From NCBI GenBank assembly GCA_021824345.1, contig JAKAKW010000012.1, positions 1,491 to 65,490 on the forward strand: DNA of 64,000 nt. The letters are read 5' to 3'. Both the position numbers and the translations under genes were made by a program. The DNA is from a bacterium (lineage in GTDB: Bacteria > Patescibacteriota > Minisyncoccia > Phycocordibacterales > UBA9973). Under the pieces are notes generated by a model that saw nothing but the letters and a program-made list of their open reading frames with translations, did no database searches and was not told where the DNA came from. Below are positions 18,451-28,333 of the stretch, piece after piece; position 1 is the stretch's first letter; each line of letters begins with the position of its first letter.

Positions 18451-19425
18451 CTAAGAATTCACGGCGTATTTCGGCGTTCTGCCTTCAAAAAAGTCTATGA
18501 TGTTCTGGGCCGCAATCTCCGCCATCTGGTTGCGTACAAGAGTGTCGGCGGAGGCGATGTGGGGAGTAAGCACGGTGCTCTCCATTTTCTTCAAGGCCGG
18601 GTTGATTTTCGGCTCGAATTCGTACACGTCCAGCCCCGCTCCGGCGATGACTTTCTGCTCCAAGGCCAGGGCCAGGGCCCCTTCGTCTATCACCGGCCCG
18701 CGGGAAGTATTGATTATAAATGCGGTCGGCTTCATGAGGCGCAAGTTTTTTTCATTAATCAGATGCTTGGTGGAGGGAAGGAGGGGAACATGCAGGCTCA
18801 CGAAATCCGCGTTCGGCAGAAGCTCGTCCACCGTTTTGAAATATTCCGCCTCGCATTTTTGCTCCAGTTCTTCGTTTCTTTTCACGTCAGTGTAAATTAC
18901 TTTCATTCCCATGGCATGAGCCATTTCCGCCACTCTCCCCCCGATGCGTCCGGTGCCTACCACGCCGAAGGTCTGGCCCAGAACGTCCGAACCCAAAAAG
19001 AGAAGAGGCACCCAGCCTTTGTATTTTCCCGCCCGAGTGAAACGGTCCCCTTCGGGAATTCTCTTGGCCAGGGCGAACATCAGTCCGATGGCATGCTCGG
19101 CCACGGATTCAGGAGTCTTCGGAGCGGGAGAATTGGCAATGGCGATTCCGCGGGCTTTCGCTTCAGCCAGATCTATGTTGTCAAAGCCGGTGGCGTAATT
19201 TGAAAAAATTTTTACGCTCGGAGCCGCTTCGTAAACTTCCTTGTCTATCTTGTTGGTGAGCAGAGACAGCACGGCGTCGTATTGTTTCTTTTTTAATATG
19301 GAAATCAGCTTGCCTTTGGACAAGTCCTTCGGCTTCGGATTCACATCCACTTCATAGCCTTTTTCCCGGAGCATTTTTTCCGCCACCTCCGGTATTTTTC
19401 TTGTGATATAAACGTTTTTTTGCAT
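18451..19425 (-). CDS. D-isomer-specific 2-hydroxyacid dehydrogenase (glycerate/hydroxypyruvate reductase-like)
   Basis: NAD Rossmann motif GVVGTGRIGGRVA. Catalytic region conserved. 324 aa. Confidence 0.8.
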   Translation of the reverse strand: MQKNVYITRKIPEVAEKMLREKGYEVDVNPKPKDLSKGKLISILKKKQYDAVLSLLTNKIDKEVYEAAPSVKIFSNYATGFDNIDLAEAKARGIAIANSPAPKTPESVAEHAIGLMFALAKRIPEGDRFTRAGKYKGWVPLLFLGSDVLGQTFGVVGTGRIGGRVAEMAHAMGMKVIYTDVKRNEELEQKCEAEYFKTVDELLPNADFVSLHVPLLPSTKHLINEKNLRLMKPTAFIINTSRGPVIDEGALALALEQKVIAGAGLDVYEFEPKINPALKKMESTVLTPHIASADTLVRNQMAEIAAQNIIDFFEGRTPKYAVNS

Positions 19426-19440
19426 CAGTATGTAAACATG

Positions 19441-20565
19441 TTAATTGCTAATACTATTATCAACTCCGACAGCTTCGCTTATATTCTTGAAACCGTCTTT
19501 TTTCAGGAGTTCGGCAAGCTCCTGATTTATTTCACTGATCAATTGCGGGCCCTCGAAAATCATCCCGGTAATCATTTCCACCAGGGAAGCGCCCAGGCGG
19601 ATTTTTTTATAAGCGTCCTGCGCGTTCCAAATTCCCCCCGAACCGATGAGGATGAATCTTTTTCCCGCCTTGCGGTAAACATACGAAAGCATTTGATTGG
19701 AGAGGCCTTCTACGGCTTTTCCGGATAAGCCGCCGCGCATGCCTCTATGGCCGGCAGAGATTGGCATTCTGCGCTTTGTGAGGTTTGTGCATATTATGCC
19801 GTCCACTTTGTGCGCTTCCGCGCACGCCAGAATGCCGTCCGTTTGTTCTTCGGAAATATCCGGAGAAAGCTTTAAGAATACCGGGCAGTGCCGCTTTTCT
19901 TTGTCCAAAGCCGAAAGCAAAACGTCCAAAAACTTAGGGTCGGAAAAAGGCTGTCCTCCTTCGGCGTTGGGGCAGGAAATATTTACGGCCAGGTAGCTTG
20001 CAAAAGGTTCCAGAGCGCGGAAAGCCAAGACGTAATCTTTTATCGCCTTTTCCGCGTCCAGATTTTCCGGACAGTTGGTCATGGCGATGCTCGCCCCTAT
20101 GGGAATTTCAAAATGTTTTCCCGCCAAGCGTTTTGCCACTTTTTCACAACCTTCGTTTTTCAGCCCGTAATGCACCACCAAGCTGCGCTCCTCCGGCAGC
20201 CTCCAAAGCCTGGGCTTGGGATTGCCCGCGCACTCCCGTCCGGTGACCGATCCGATTTCGGCAAAGCCGAAGCCTATTGCCGGAAGAATTCCGGTCAGTT
20301 TTCCGTCCTTGTCAAAGCCGGCGGAAAGCCCGACGGGATTCTTGAAATGAATTCCATGAAGATTTTGTTCCAAGGAAGGGTTTTGATAGTCAAAAAGCCC
20401 TTTCGCGATTTTTATTCCCAGCTTGTGGTTTCCAAGAAATATTCCCGTTTCCGTCATGCGGTCGTGCATACTCTCCGGATCCGCCCGAAAAAAAGCGGGT
20501 TTCAGAATTCCTTGATATATTCCGCGGGATATTTTGTTTCTGCTTCGCACAAGGCTATCCTTCAT
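19441..20565 (-). CDS. pyrD: Dihydroorotate dehydrogenase (quinone), class 2
   Basis: N-terminal membrane-association extension. Motifs LSAGFDKDGK, GFGFAEIGSVT, NISCPN. 374 aa. Confidence 0.8.
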   Translation of the reverse strand: MKDSLVRSRNKISRGIYQGILKPAFFRADPESMHDRMTETGIFLGNHKLGIKIAKGLFDYQNPSLEQNLHGIHFKNPVGLSAGFDKDGKLTGILPAIGFGFAEIGSVTGRECAGNPKPRLWRLPEERSLVVHYGLKNEGCEKVAKRLAGKHFEIPIGASIAMTNCPENLDAEKAIKDYVLAFRALEPFASYLAVNISCPNAEGGQPFSDPKFLDVLLSALDKEKRHCPVFLKLSPDISEEQTDGILACAEAHKVDGIICTNLTKRRMPISAGHRGMRGGLSGKAVEGLSNQMLSYVYRKAGKRFILIGSGGIWNAQDAYKKIRLGASLVEMITGMIFEGPQLISEINQELAELLKKDGFKNISEAVGVDNSISN

Positions 20566-20938
20566 AATGTTCGTCGTCCGCTTCCGCCTCCGCTTTCGTC
20601 CGGTGGATTACGCCTTTGCGGTGATTGGGCGGAGCGTAAACGGTGTAAAGCTTCATCTTTTCCGTTTCGGAGGCATTGATGATGTTGTGCTCGGTGCCGG
20701 CCGGCACGATTACCACCGATCCGTCGCCGATCGCGCTTTCTTCTCCGTCCAGGACGGATTTTCCTTCCCCCTTTTCTATGCGGATAAACTGATCCAGGTG
20801 ATGCACTTCCATGCCGATGTCTTCCTTGGGCAAAAGGCTCATTACCACCAGCTGCAGATTCGGGCCGGTATACAGCACTTGCCTGAAATTTTCATTGGCC
20901 AGAGTTTTTTCTTCAATGTTTTCTACGTATCCTTTCAT
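20555..20938 (-). CDS. Cupin-domain protein
   Basis: 127 aa. Two-His cupin motifs (GMEVHHLDQ...; VPAGTEHNI). Confidence 0.6.
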   Translation of the reverse strand: MKGYVENIEEKTLANENFRQVLYTGPNLQLVVMSLLPKEDIGMEVHHLDQFIRIEKGEGKSVLDGEESAIGDGSVVIVPAGTEHNIINASETEKMKLYTVYAPPNHRKGVIHRTKAEAEADDEHYEG

Positions 20939-21030
20939 AAGATTATATGTGTTATTTATTGCCCATATTATATCATATTTCCCGCATCAAAACCGCCCGG
21001 GAACTTCCCGGCGGGGGCGATCCCGTACGG

Positions 21031-21807
21031 CTAGAAAAAAGCTTCCGTGTATATGTTTTCTTCCGGCGCGCCGGCGTTTTGAAGGGAACGCCACAGGTCC
21101 CGGGTAAATTCTATGGAACCGCAGATCAAAAATTCTGCGTTATTTAAATTTTTTCCGTTCCCGCCCTTTTCGGCGCTTTCGCCTTTTTCTTCAAAGGAGA
21201 GCATGGACAATATTTTTTTTCCGTCCATTCGCCCGCGCTCGGCCAGCGGGTGGCCGGGATTTTCCCGGGTAATAAAATACCGCAGGCGGAAATTCGGGTG
21301 CTTTTTCGCCAAGGTCTCAAATTCTTTTCCAAAGACCGCGCCGGAGAGAGTGCAGCTTCCGTAAAAAAGGCGCATCGGCCTGCCGGGATTTTTTTTGAGC
21401 TGGTCGAGAATCATGCTCCGGAAAGGGGAGACGCCTATGCCGGAAGCTATCATTACAAGAGGAGAATCGTCCGAATCGCTGAAAAAGTATCCGTACGGCT
21501 CGGTGCCGGTCACTTTGTCGCCCGGCGAAAGGGAAGAAAGGCGTTTGGAAAAATCTCCTATGGTTCTGACGCACAAGGAAAAATTTTTCTCTCCGGGAGG
21601 AGAGGAAATGCTGTATGATTTTCCTTCCGGCTTTCCGGTTTCCGGAAAGTATACGTTTATGTACTGGCCGGCGGAAAAAGAGAGGGGATCTCCGCTGGGC
21701 GTCTTCAATACGACGGTAAAAATGTTTTCCGTCTCGTTCCTGGTTTCCAGAACCTCATATTTTATTTTCCTTTCCTCGTTCATGGATTTTTTCGCGATTC
21801 TTTTCAT
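21031..21807 (-). CDS. FAD/NAD(P)-binding oxidoreductase (ferredoxin-NADP reductase-like)
   Basis: FAD-binding region (GQYINVYF...KSYSISS) followed by an NAD-binding GxGxxP-like motif (MIASGIGVSPF). The track ORF extends to 21891 and overlaps iscU; the start was trimmed to an internal Met. Confidence 0.6.
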   Translation of the reverse strand: MKRIAKKSMNEERKIKYEVLETRNETENIFTVVLKTPSGDPLSFSAGQYINVYFPETGKPEGKSYSISSPPGEKNFSLCVRTIGDFSKRLSSLSPGDKVTGTEPYGYFFSDSDDSPLVMIASGIGVSPFRSMILDQLKKNPGRPMRLFYGSCTLSGAVFGKEFETLAKKHPNFRLRYFITRENPGHPLAERGRMDGKKILSMLSFEEKGESAEKGGNGKNLNNAEFLICGSIEFTRDLWRSLQNAGAPEENIYTEAFF

Positions 21808-22249
21808 AGTCCAACACCGCTTCCCGCAGGGCTTCGTGGCCGAGCACCGAGCAATGGTATTTGCGCTCGGGAAGACCTCCCAGGCGGTCAATAATGGCTT
21901 CCGGAGTCATGCGCTTTGCGCGCCGGAGATCCATTCCTCCGTTTTCGGTGGCCATCACCGACATCATGGAAGTGGAGGCGATGGCCGAAGCGCAGCCGAA
22001 AGTGCGCCACTTGCATTCGCTTACGCGATTGGTTTTAGGGTCGATCTTCACCCACACCGCCATCACGTCTCCGCAGGCCGGACTGCCCACAACGCCTATG
22101 CCGTCGGCTTCATATCCCGCTTCGTCAATAAGCAGATTACGCGGATGGAAGAAGTGGTCTTTGACCGTATCGCTGTAAAGCCAGTCTTCCACGTCTCCGC
22201 AGGTCAGCTTGCCGGAATCTTTTTTTGCTTTTGCCGCTTTTTTTGCCAT
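21755..22249 (-). CDS. iscU: Fe-S cluster assembly scaffold IscU/NifU-like
   Basis: Scaffold cysteines in GSPACGDVM, WRTFGCASAIASTS and KYHCSVL. 164 aa. Confidence 0.8.
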   Translation of the reverse strand: MAKKAAKAKKDSGKLTCGDVEDWLYSDTVKDHFFHPRNLLIDEAGYEADGIGVVGSPACGDVMAVWVKIDPKTNRVSECKWRTFGCASAIASTSMMSVMATENGGMDLRRAKRMTPEAIIDRLGGLPERKYHCSVLGHEALREAVLDYEKNREKIHERGKENKI

Positions 22250-22269
22250 GTCTTTTTATTATAGTCCAA

Positions 22270-22290
22270 GGCGGAGGGTAACCCTCCGCC
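22270..22290. repeat. Family-A palindromic element GGCGGAGGGTAACCCTCCGCC
   Basis: Perfect 21-bp palindrome between iscS and iscU. Confidence 0.6.
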
Positions 22291-22297
22291 CTCTCCG

Positions 22298-23512
22298 CTA
22301 TTTTTGTTTTTGGCTTTTTAGAGTAAGGGCCGAGGTGCTCTCCAGCCTGCGCACGATCTCGGGGAATATAAGGATAACATAATCCAGGTCATCTTTGGAG
22401 GTATACTTGCCCAAAGTGAAGCGGATACTGCCGTGGGCCAATTCCGGACTTTGTCCTATGGCCAGAAGAACATGCGAAGGGGAAAGGCTCTTGGCGGAGC
22501 AGGCGCTGCCGGTGCTCGCTTCTATGCCGTAGTTGTCTAAAAGAAGAAGCATGGATTCTCCTTCAATATTCGGAATGGACACGTGCAGATTGTTGGGCAG
22601 GCGGCTTTTCGGGTCGCCGTTTATCAAAATATTCGGAATTTCTTCCTTCAATCTTTTTTCAAAATAATCGCGCAAAGTTGAAATTCTTTTTGATTCTTCT
22701 TCCCGCGATTCCTGCGCTTTCCGGAGCGCTTCGGCAAAGCCGACGATCAAGGGAACCGATTCGGTTCCGGCCCGCAATCCGGACTCCTGTTCTCCGCCCA
22801 AAATGATCGGCGCAAGCTTCGTTCTCTTTTTTACATACAGCGCGCCTATTCCTTTCGGCCCGTAGATTTTGGAACCGTTCAATGTCATGAGGTCCGCGCC
22901 GAGCTTCTTTACGTCAAGCGGAAGATATCCGGCGGCCTGGCACGCGTCAGTGTGAAAAATAGGAAACGCTCCGCCGGACTTTCTTTTTTTATTGATCGCC
23001 TCGGCGATTTCCTTTATCGGCTCCACTGTGCCGATCTCATTGTTCGCGTACATTACCGACACCAATATCGTTTCGGGCCGGATGGCCCGGGCAAGTTCTT
23101 TTGGATCCGCCCGGCCGGATTTGTCTACCGGCAGATAGGCGACCTTGAATCCTTCCTGCTCCAGTTCTTTGGCCGATTCCAGCACCGCTTTGTGTTCAAT
23201 GGCGGATACGATCACATGATTTCCCGCGGAACGGTTCGCCCGCGCCGCGCCCAAGATCGCCAGATTGTCAGACTCGGTTCCGCTGCCGGTAAAAATTATT
23301 TCTCCCGGAGAAGCGTTTATAATTTTCGCGGCATCTTCCCGGCAGAGTTCTATGATCCGGTTGGCGCGCCTTCCGCTTTGGTAAAGGGAAGAAGGGTTCC
23401 CGTATTGAGGGGAAAAATACGGCCGCATCTTTTCCAGCACTTCCGGGTCCGTAGGGGAGGTGGCCGCATAATCCAGATATATGGTTTTACCGTATGCCGC
23501 AGAATTTGACAT
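22298..23512 (-). CDS. iscS: Cysteine desulfurase (class V aminotransferase, IscS/NifS)
   Basis: YLDYAATSP N-terminus. PLP-lysine region (SGSKIYGPKG) and active-site Cys region (SACSAKS). The track start at 23539 is possible; the Met at 23512 is preferred. Confidence 0.85.
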   Translation of the reverse strand: MSNSAAYGKTIYLDYAATSPTDPEVLEKMRPYFSPQYGNPSSLYQSGRRANRIIELCREDAAKIINASPGEIIFTGSGTESDNLAILGAARANRSAGNHVIVSAIEHKAVLESAKELEQEGFKVAYLPVDKSGRADPKELARAIRPETILVSVMYANNEIGTVEPIKEIAEAINKKRKSGGAFPIFHTDACQAAGYLPLDVKKLGADLMTLNGSKIYGPKGIGALYVKKRTKLAPIILGGEQESGLRAGTESVPLIVGFAEALRKAQESREEESKRISTLRDYFEKRLKEEIPNILINGDPKSRLPNNLHVSIPNIEGESMLLLLDNYGIEASTGSACSAKSLSPSHVLLAIGQSPELAHGSIRFTLGKYTSKDDLDYVILIFPEIVRRLESTSALTLKSQKQK

Positions 23513-24176
23513 ATTTTGACATTTTAGCCTGCAAATCATCCAATTCCTCGTCCGTATAAGTGGTTTTCCGGCGGAATTGGGGGTTCAGAATCTTGGTGGA
23601 AACGAATTTCTGCAGATAGTACGCTTCCGCCCCTTTTATTTGTTTTCCTATTTCCAATATGTCCTCCGGAGGAGTGAGCGTCTTTACCAGAGTGGTTCTG
23701 AATTCGTACGGAACGCCGGAGGACATGAGGAGGGAAATGCTTTTCTTTATCGCTTCCGTATCCACTGGCATGGCCACTGTCTTGGAATAGTTGCGGAAAG
23801 GAGCCTTGATGTCCATGGCGATGTAATCCACAACTTTCCGCTTGATCGCTTTTTCCAGAATGTCCGGATTAGTGCCGTTTGAATCCAGTTTTACCAGAAG
23901 CCCGATGCCTTTCGCTTTTTTCATGAAAGAGAGCAGGTCTTCGCCATGAATGGTCGGCTCTCCGCCGGTGATTACCAAGGCGTCCACCATTCCTTTTCTG
24001 CCCTTCAGGAAGGCCAGCACATCTTCCTCCGGTATTCTGGTTTCCACCGTTTCGTCCACCAACTCCGGATTATGGCAGAAAGGGCAACGGAAGTTGCAGC
24101 CGATGGTATACACCATACTGGCTATCTTTCCCGGATAGTCTATTAAGGTAGTTTTTTCCAATCCTCCGAAAATCAT
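23487..24176 (-). CDS. nrdG: Anaerobic ribonucleoside-triphosphate reductase activating protein (radical SAM)
   Basis: CNFRCPFCHNPEL radical-SAM CxxxCxxC motif. Immediately downstream of nrdD. Confidence 0.8.
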   Translation of the reverse strand: MIFGGLEKTTLIDYPGKIASMVYTIGCNFRCPFCHNPELVDETVETRIPEEDVLAFLKGRKGMVDALVITGGEPTIHGEDLLSFMKKAKGIGLLVKLDSNGTNPDILEKAIKRKVVDYIAMDIKAPFRNYSKTVAMPVDTEAIKKSISLLMSSGVPYEFRTTLVKTLTPPEDILEIGKQIKGAEAYYLQKFVSTKILNPQFRRKTTYTDEELDDLQAKMSKYVKFCGIR

Positions 24177-26350
24177 TTGCCCGAAGGGATGTTCATTTCC
24201 ACCGCTTCGTGGATGCCGGCCTTTTCCAAAGCGGGGATGTAAGTTTCTCGCAACTTATATTCAGCTTGCTTCCCGGAGTTCCACTGGCTCACCGGGCGCA
24301 GATATCCCACAATGCGGGAATACACTTCGCATTCGTGATGGCAAGTGGGGCAGGCATGATGTTCTCCTGCCAAGTACCCGTGAGAAGAACAGACGCTGAA
24401 AGTAGGAGTAAGGGTAAAGTACGGAAGCTTGTAGTTCTGGCAGATTTTTTTCACCAATTCCGGCACCGAGCTCGGGTCCGCGATTCTTTCGCCCAAGAAA
24501 AGATGCACCACCGTGCCTCCGGTATATTTGGTTTGAAGAGGATCTTGAATATCCAAGGCCTCCACGATATCGTCGGTATAATGCACCGGCAAATGGGAAG
24601 AGTTGGTATAGAAAGGATCCGCTCCGTCTCGAAACTCCGCTTCATTGGCCACAATAATTTCCGGATAGCGCTTCTTGTCTTTCAGGGCCAGGCGATAAGA
24701 CGTGCCTTCGGCCGGAGTTGCTTCCAAATTGTACAAGTTTCCGGTTTCCTGCTGGTATTGGATCAGGCGCGAACGCATAAAGTCCAAAGTTTCCTTTGCA
24801 AACGCGTGTCCTTTCTCAGAACCGATATCCGTGCCCAAAAGGTTTATGGCGGCTTCATTCATGCCCACCAGTCCGATGGTGGAGAAATGGTTGTGCCAAT
24901 ATTCTCCGAAGGATGATTTTATGGTGCGGAGATAAAACCTGGTGTATGGATAAAGATTTGCGTCGGTCAGCCTCTCCAGCATTTTACGCTTTATTTCCAG
25001 GCTTTCCTTGGCCAAATCCATCTTTTCAGCCAGCATGGCGAAGAATTGCTTCTTTGCTTGCGCGTCCGTTACGCCTTCCTTATGTATATCCTTGGCCACA
25101 AAAGCGAGGCGGGGCAGGTTTATGGTAACCACTCCGATTGAACCGGTCAGGGCGTTGGCCCCGAAGAGGCCTCCTCCCCGGCGATCAAGTTCTTCCAAGT
25201 CCAAGCGCAATCGGCAGCACATGGAGCGGCTGTCTTCCGGCTTCATATCTGAACTGACGAAATTGCTGAAGTACGGCACGCCGTATTTGGCGGTGATTTC
25301 CCACAAACCTTTCAGGTTGGGATTCTCCCAGTCAAAATCTTTGGTAATGTTTACCGTAGGAATAGGGAAGGAGAAAACTCTGCCGGAGGCATCGCCTTCC
25401 TTCATCACTTCAAAGAGAGCGCGATTCAAAGTGTCCATTTCTTCCTGGAACTCTCCGTAAGTTTCTTTCTGTTCAACTCCGCCGATGATCACATTATGGC
25501 TTGTGAAGTTCGAAGAGGGAAGCAGATCCAGGGTGATGTTGGAGAAAGGAGTCTGAAATCCCACTCGAGTCGGCACGTTCATATTGAATATGAATTCCTG
25601 CAAGCACTGCTTCACCTCTTTATATGAAAGTTTGTCGTAGCGGATGAACGGAGCGAGCAGAGTGTCGAAATTTGAAAAGGCAATGGCGCCGGCCGCCTCT
25701 CCCTGCAGAGTGTACATGAAGTTTACTATTTGCCCGAGAACGGTGCGGAGGTGTTTGGCCGGGGAAGACTGGATCTTGTCGGACACTCCGGTGAATCCTT
25801 CGCGCAGGAGATCTTCCAGGTCCCATCCAACGCAATAGACGGACAAAGTTCCGAGGTCGTGGATGTGCATGTCTCCTTTCTCATATGCGTCTCGGATTTC
25901 TTTCGGGTATACTTTGTTCAGCCAATAAGTCTTGCTCACCTCGGAAAAAATGTAGTTGTTCAATCCTTGCAGGGAATATCCCATGTTGCTGTTCTCTTTC
26001 ACCTGCCAGTCCAGCTTGTCCAGATAGTCGTCTATCATGTCTACGGACGCCGCCGTGGCAAAAGCGCGCATCTCTTCGTGCTGTTTGCGGTACAAAATAT
26101 ACCCTTTGGCGGTTTTTCCGTAGCGCGAAGCAAGCAAGGTTTCCTCCACAATGTCCTGGATCTCTTCAACCGAAGGCACTTTGGCCGAAACCTTCTTCTG
26201 GGTGGAAGCGATAGCTTTTTCAGAGAGTTCTTTGGCTTTTTTTTCGTCGAATTCCCCGGTTGCCTTGCCGGCTTTCATGATTGCCTCGGTAATTTTTTTC
26301 TTATCAAACGGCACCAGGCGCCCGTCTCTCTTTTTAATATGCTTCCACAT
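24173..26350 (-). CDS. nrdD: Anaerobic ribonucleoside-triphosphate reductase (class III RNR)
   Basis: N-terminal ATP-cone. C-terminal Zn-ribbon CPTCHHEC plus glycyl-radical motif RIVGYLRPV. 725 aa. Confidence 0.9.
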   Translation of the reverse strand: MWKHIKKRDGRLVPFDKKKITEAIMKAGKATGEFDEKKAKELSEKAIASTQKKVSAKVPSVEEIQDIVEETLLASRYGKTAKGYILYRKQHEEMRAFATAASVDMIDDYLDKLDWQVKENSNMGYSLQGLNNYIFSEVSKTYWLNKVYPKEIRDAYEKGDMHIHDLGTLSVYCVGWDLEDLLREGFTGVSDKIQSSPAKHLRTVLGQIVNFMYTLQGEAAGAIAFSNFDTLLAPFIRYDKLSYKEVKQCLQEFIFNMNVPTRVGFQTPFSNITLDLLPSSNFTSHNVIIGGVEQKETYGEFQEEMDTLNRALFEVMKEGDASGRVFSFPIPTVNITKDFDWENPNLKGLWEITAKYGVPYFSNFVSSDMKPEDSRSMCCRLRLDLEELDRRGGGLFGANALTGSIGVVTINLPRLAFVAKDIHKEGVTDAQAKKQFFAMLAEKMDLAKESLEIKRKMLERLTDANLYPYTRFYLRTIKSSFGEYWHNHFSTIGLVGMNEAAINLLGTDIGSEKGHAFAKETLDFMRSRLIQYQQETGNLYNLEATPAEGTSYRLALKDKKRYPEIIVANEAEFRDGADPFYTNSSHLPVHYTDDIVEALDIQDPLQTKYTGGTVVHLFLGERIADPSSVPELVKKICQNYKLPYFTLTPTFSVCSSHGYLAGEHHACPTCHHECEVYSRIVGYLRPVSQWNSGKQAEYKLRETYIPALEKAGIHEAVEMNIPSGK

Positions 26351-26401
26351 TTTTTGAATTATTGTTAGAGTTAAAATTTTTTAAATTCGACGATTTTTTT
26401 A

Positions 26402-26452
26402 CCGGCCGATTGGCCGGGTGTTCATTATAGTTCCCGCTTCCGGCTGTGGCAA
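26402..26452 (-). promoter_or_regulatory. Sigma-70-like promoter (TTGCCA-16-TATAAT, minus strand) with palindrome CCGGCCGATTGGCCGG at the predicted transcript start of nrdDG
   Basis: On the minus strand, the -35 TTGCCA is at 26447-26452 and the -10 TATAAT at 26425-26430. The perfect 16-bp palindrome at 26402-26417 sits just downstream of the -10, a candidate operator. Confidence 0.4.
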
Positions 26453-26499
26453 TGTTCATAACGAGCCAGGAAACAATCCCCGGCAAAAATCAAGGAATA

Positions 26500-26537
26500 A
26501 CGAAAAATACCCCCGAAATTCGGGGGTATTTTTCGTT
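26500..26537. terminator. Bidirectional terminator-like hairpin AAAAATACCCCCGAA|TTCGGGGGTATTTTT
   Basis: Perfect inverted repeat with flanking A/T runs. Confidence 0.55.
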
Positions 26538-26579
26538 CATTTCCGTAGCTCTTCAGAAATCTTTTTCTTACTAAGCGGC

Positions 26580-26696
26580 AGGATTCTGCTCGGGCTGTAC
26601 AGGAGCGGCAGTGTTTCCCTGAGGAGCGGCAGTGTCTCCCTGAGGAGCGGCAGGATTCTGCTGACCGTCGTTGTTTGTATTCTGATCCATAAAAGT
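26580..26696 (-). CDS. Possible small repeat peptide (38 aa)
   Basis: MDQNTNNDGQQNPAAPQGDTAAPQGNTAAPVQPEQNPAA with a tandem TAAPQG repeat. Ends just before the terminator. Below the track cutoff. Confidence 0.2.
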
Positions 26697-26879
26697 ATGT
26701 ATTTGCATGTTAAGCTGACAAAATGGTTTCTACGGCAAGCCGCGAAAACATATTTCGCTTTCGCTCACACGCAGTGAAAATAAATATTCACGCGCTCTCG
26801 CTTGACGAAATAACGACCTATCAGCGACCACAGCATGATATCCAGCATATGGCAAGCATTTTTTAAAAAAGTTTTTGAA

Positions 26880-27173
26880 CTAGAGAACAAAAAGCAAAAC
26901 CACGAAGATTGCGGTAAAGATCGCAAAAATAGAAACAGTTTTACCGAAATCCCTCAATGCTTCCTGCTTTCTGTCCATCACATACAGTTCCAGCGGTTCA
27001 TAAAGGAAAAGATATCCCATAACCGCCGCCGACAGGACAAAGAGAGCCAGCATAGTCATGGGAACCAGAATGTCCCCCTGAGGAGTGGCCTTTGTCATTA
27101 CGTTTATGACGTAGACTATCAGCGCTATGTATGCCGCCGCGCAAAGCGACCTGAAGAATGGTTTTCTAAGCAT
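26880..27173 (-). CDS. Small integral membrane protein (3 TM)
   Basis: 97 aa, three hydrophobic helices. The overlapping plus ORF 26835-27233 has no features. Confidence 0.4.
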   Translation of the reverse strand: MLRKPFFRSLCAAAYIALIVYVINVMTKATPQGDILVPMTMLALFVLSAAVMGYLFLYEPLELYVMDRKQEALRDFGKTVSIFAIFTAIFVVLLFVL

Positions 27174-27234
27174 GTGTCAAATTATACCATATTTCTTTTT
27201 TTCCCGCTCCAAGTTTTTTGCAGAATGTTATAAT

Positions 27235-28275
27235 ATGCGGATGGGGATAAAAATTTTTACAATTTTTTTTGCGCTGGCGATGGTTGCCGTTCCGGCGGTG
27301 GCCGGGGCGAACTCTTCGCCATATCAGCGGCTGTCCACTTCCTATCAGAAAATTTTTTATTACAAGGAAAATGGCACGTCCCGCGCTTCACTTTTTAAAA
27401 ATTGGAAATACATAGACGTGCTGGCTCCCCAGGCGTACGCCATAAACAGCGAAGGCAAGCTTGAGGGAAGCATTGGCTCCCTGACTCTTAATTTTGCCCG
27501 GACACATGGAATAAAAATGATGCCGCTGGTCACCAATAAAGCTTTCGGCAAGGAGGCCTTCCAGGCGGTGCTCGACGATTCAGTGAAACAATCTTCGGCG
27601 ATTGCCGCCCTGGCGTCCGAAGCGAAGGCGAAGGGGTATTGGGGATGGCAGATTGATTTCGAGGGAATGGATTCTTCCTATCGGGACAAGTTTTCCGCTT
27701 TCGTAAAAAATTTTTCCGATGCCATGAGGGAAAATGGATTAAAATCCAGCGTGGCGACAGTGGCGGAAGTGTCGGAAAACCCGAATGATTATCCGCGCAA
27801 CCTGTGGCAGAGGCTTATAGGAGTCTACGACTATAAATCACTGGGGCAGAGCGCTGATTTTGTGAGCATTATGTCGTATGACGATCCGAACTCAAGCGGG
27901 CCGATCTCGGGATATCCCTGGCTTTCAAAAGTGCTTGATTACAGCCGAAGCGTAATTCCGGCCGAGAAGATTTCCCTCGGTATTCCGCTTTATTATTGGC
28001 GCTGGAATACGGCTTCCGATAAGCTCATGGCCGCAGGCGGGTTCTCCCAGCTGAAGAATTTCATCAAAAAATACAAGGTTTACTTCGGGTACAGTTCTTC
28101 TGAACAGGAATCGTACATAAGCTATTGGAGCGGGGGAACCAAATATATGATTTGGTACGAAGATACGGAAGGAATGGCCGCCAAGATCGCCCTGATCAAG
28201 AAGTTTAAGCTGGCCGGATTCTCCGCGTGGGTTTTGGGGTTGGAAGTGCCGGGAGTTTACAAAGCGATCAAGTAG
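27235..28275 (+). CDS. Secreted glycoside hydrolase family 18-like protein
   Basis: Signal peptide MRMGIKIFTIFFALAMVAVPAVAGA. GH18-type motif GWQIDFEGMD (DxxDxDxE-like). The track start at 27127 was trimmed to the ATG at 27235, which is preceded by TATAAT. Confidence 0.6.
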   Translation: MRMGIKIFTIFFALAMVAVPAVAGANSSPYQRLSTSYQKIFYYKENGTSRASLFKNWKYIDVLAPQAYAINSEGKLEGSIGSLTLNFARTHGIKMMPLVTNKAFGKEAFQAVLDDSVKQSSAIAALASEAKAKGYWGWQIDFEGMDSSYRDKFSAFVKNFSDAMRENGLKSSVATVAEVSENPNDYPRNLWQRLIGVYDYKSLGQSADFVSIMSYDDPNSSGPISGYPWLSKVLDYSRSVIPAEKISLGIPLYYWRWNTASDKLMAAGGFSQLKNFIKKYKVYFGYSSSEQESYISYWSGGTKYMIWYEDTEGMAAKIALIKKFKLAGFSAWVLGLEVPGVYKAIK

Positions 28276-28301
28276 CTCCGGCCGGCGATTTTTATTTTTA
28301 G

Positions 28302-28322
28302 GGCGGAGGGTAACCCTCCGCC
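28302..28322. repeat. Family-A palindromic element GGCGGAGGGTAACCCTCCGCC
   Basis: Perfect palindrome between the convergent GH18 gene and the membrane oxidoreductase. Confidence 0.6.
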
Positions 28323-28333
28323 ATGCTTTTGAG

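Noticed and set aside
21808-21891. 5' extension of the FNR-like oxidoreductase overlapping iscU by 137 bp
   Set aside because: The overlap is implausibly long. Internal Met codons at 21807/21783 give a non-overlapping gene.
24209-26368. Long plus-strand ORFs inside nrdD (24209-24916, 25008-25460, 25730-26368)
   Set aside because: Antisense to a full-length, strongly conserved nrdD. Amino-acid composition is Arg/Ser/Gly-rich junk typical of shadow ORFs.
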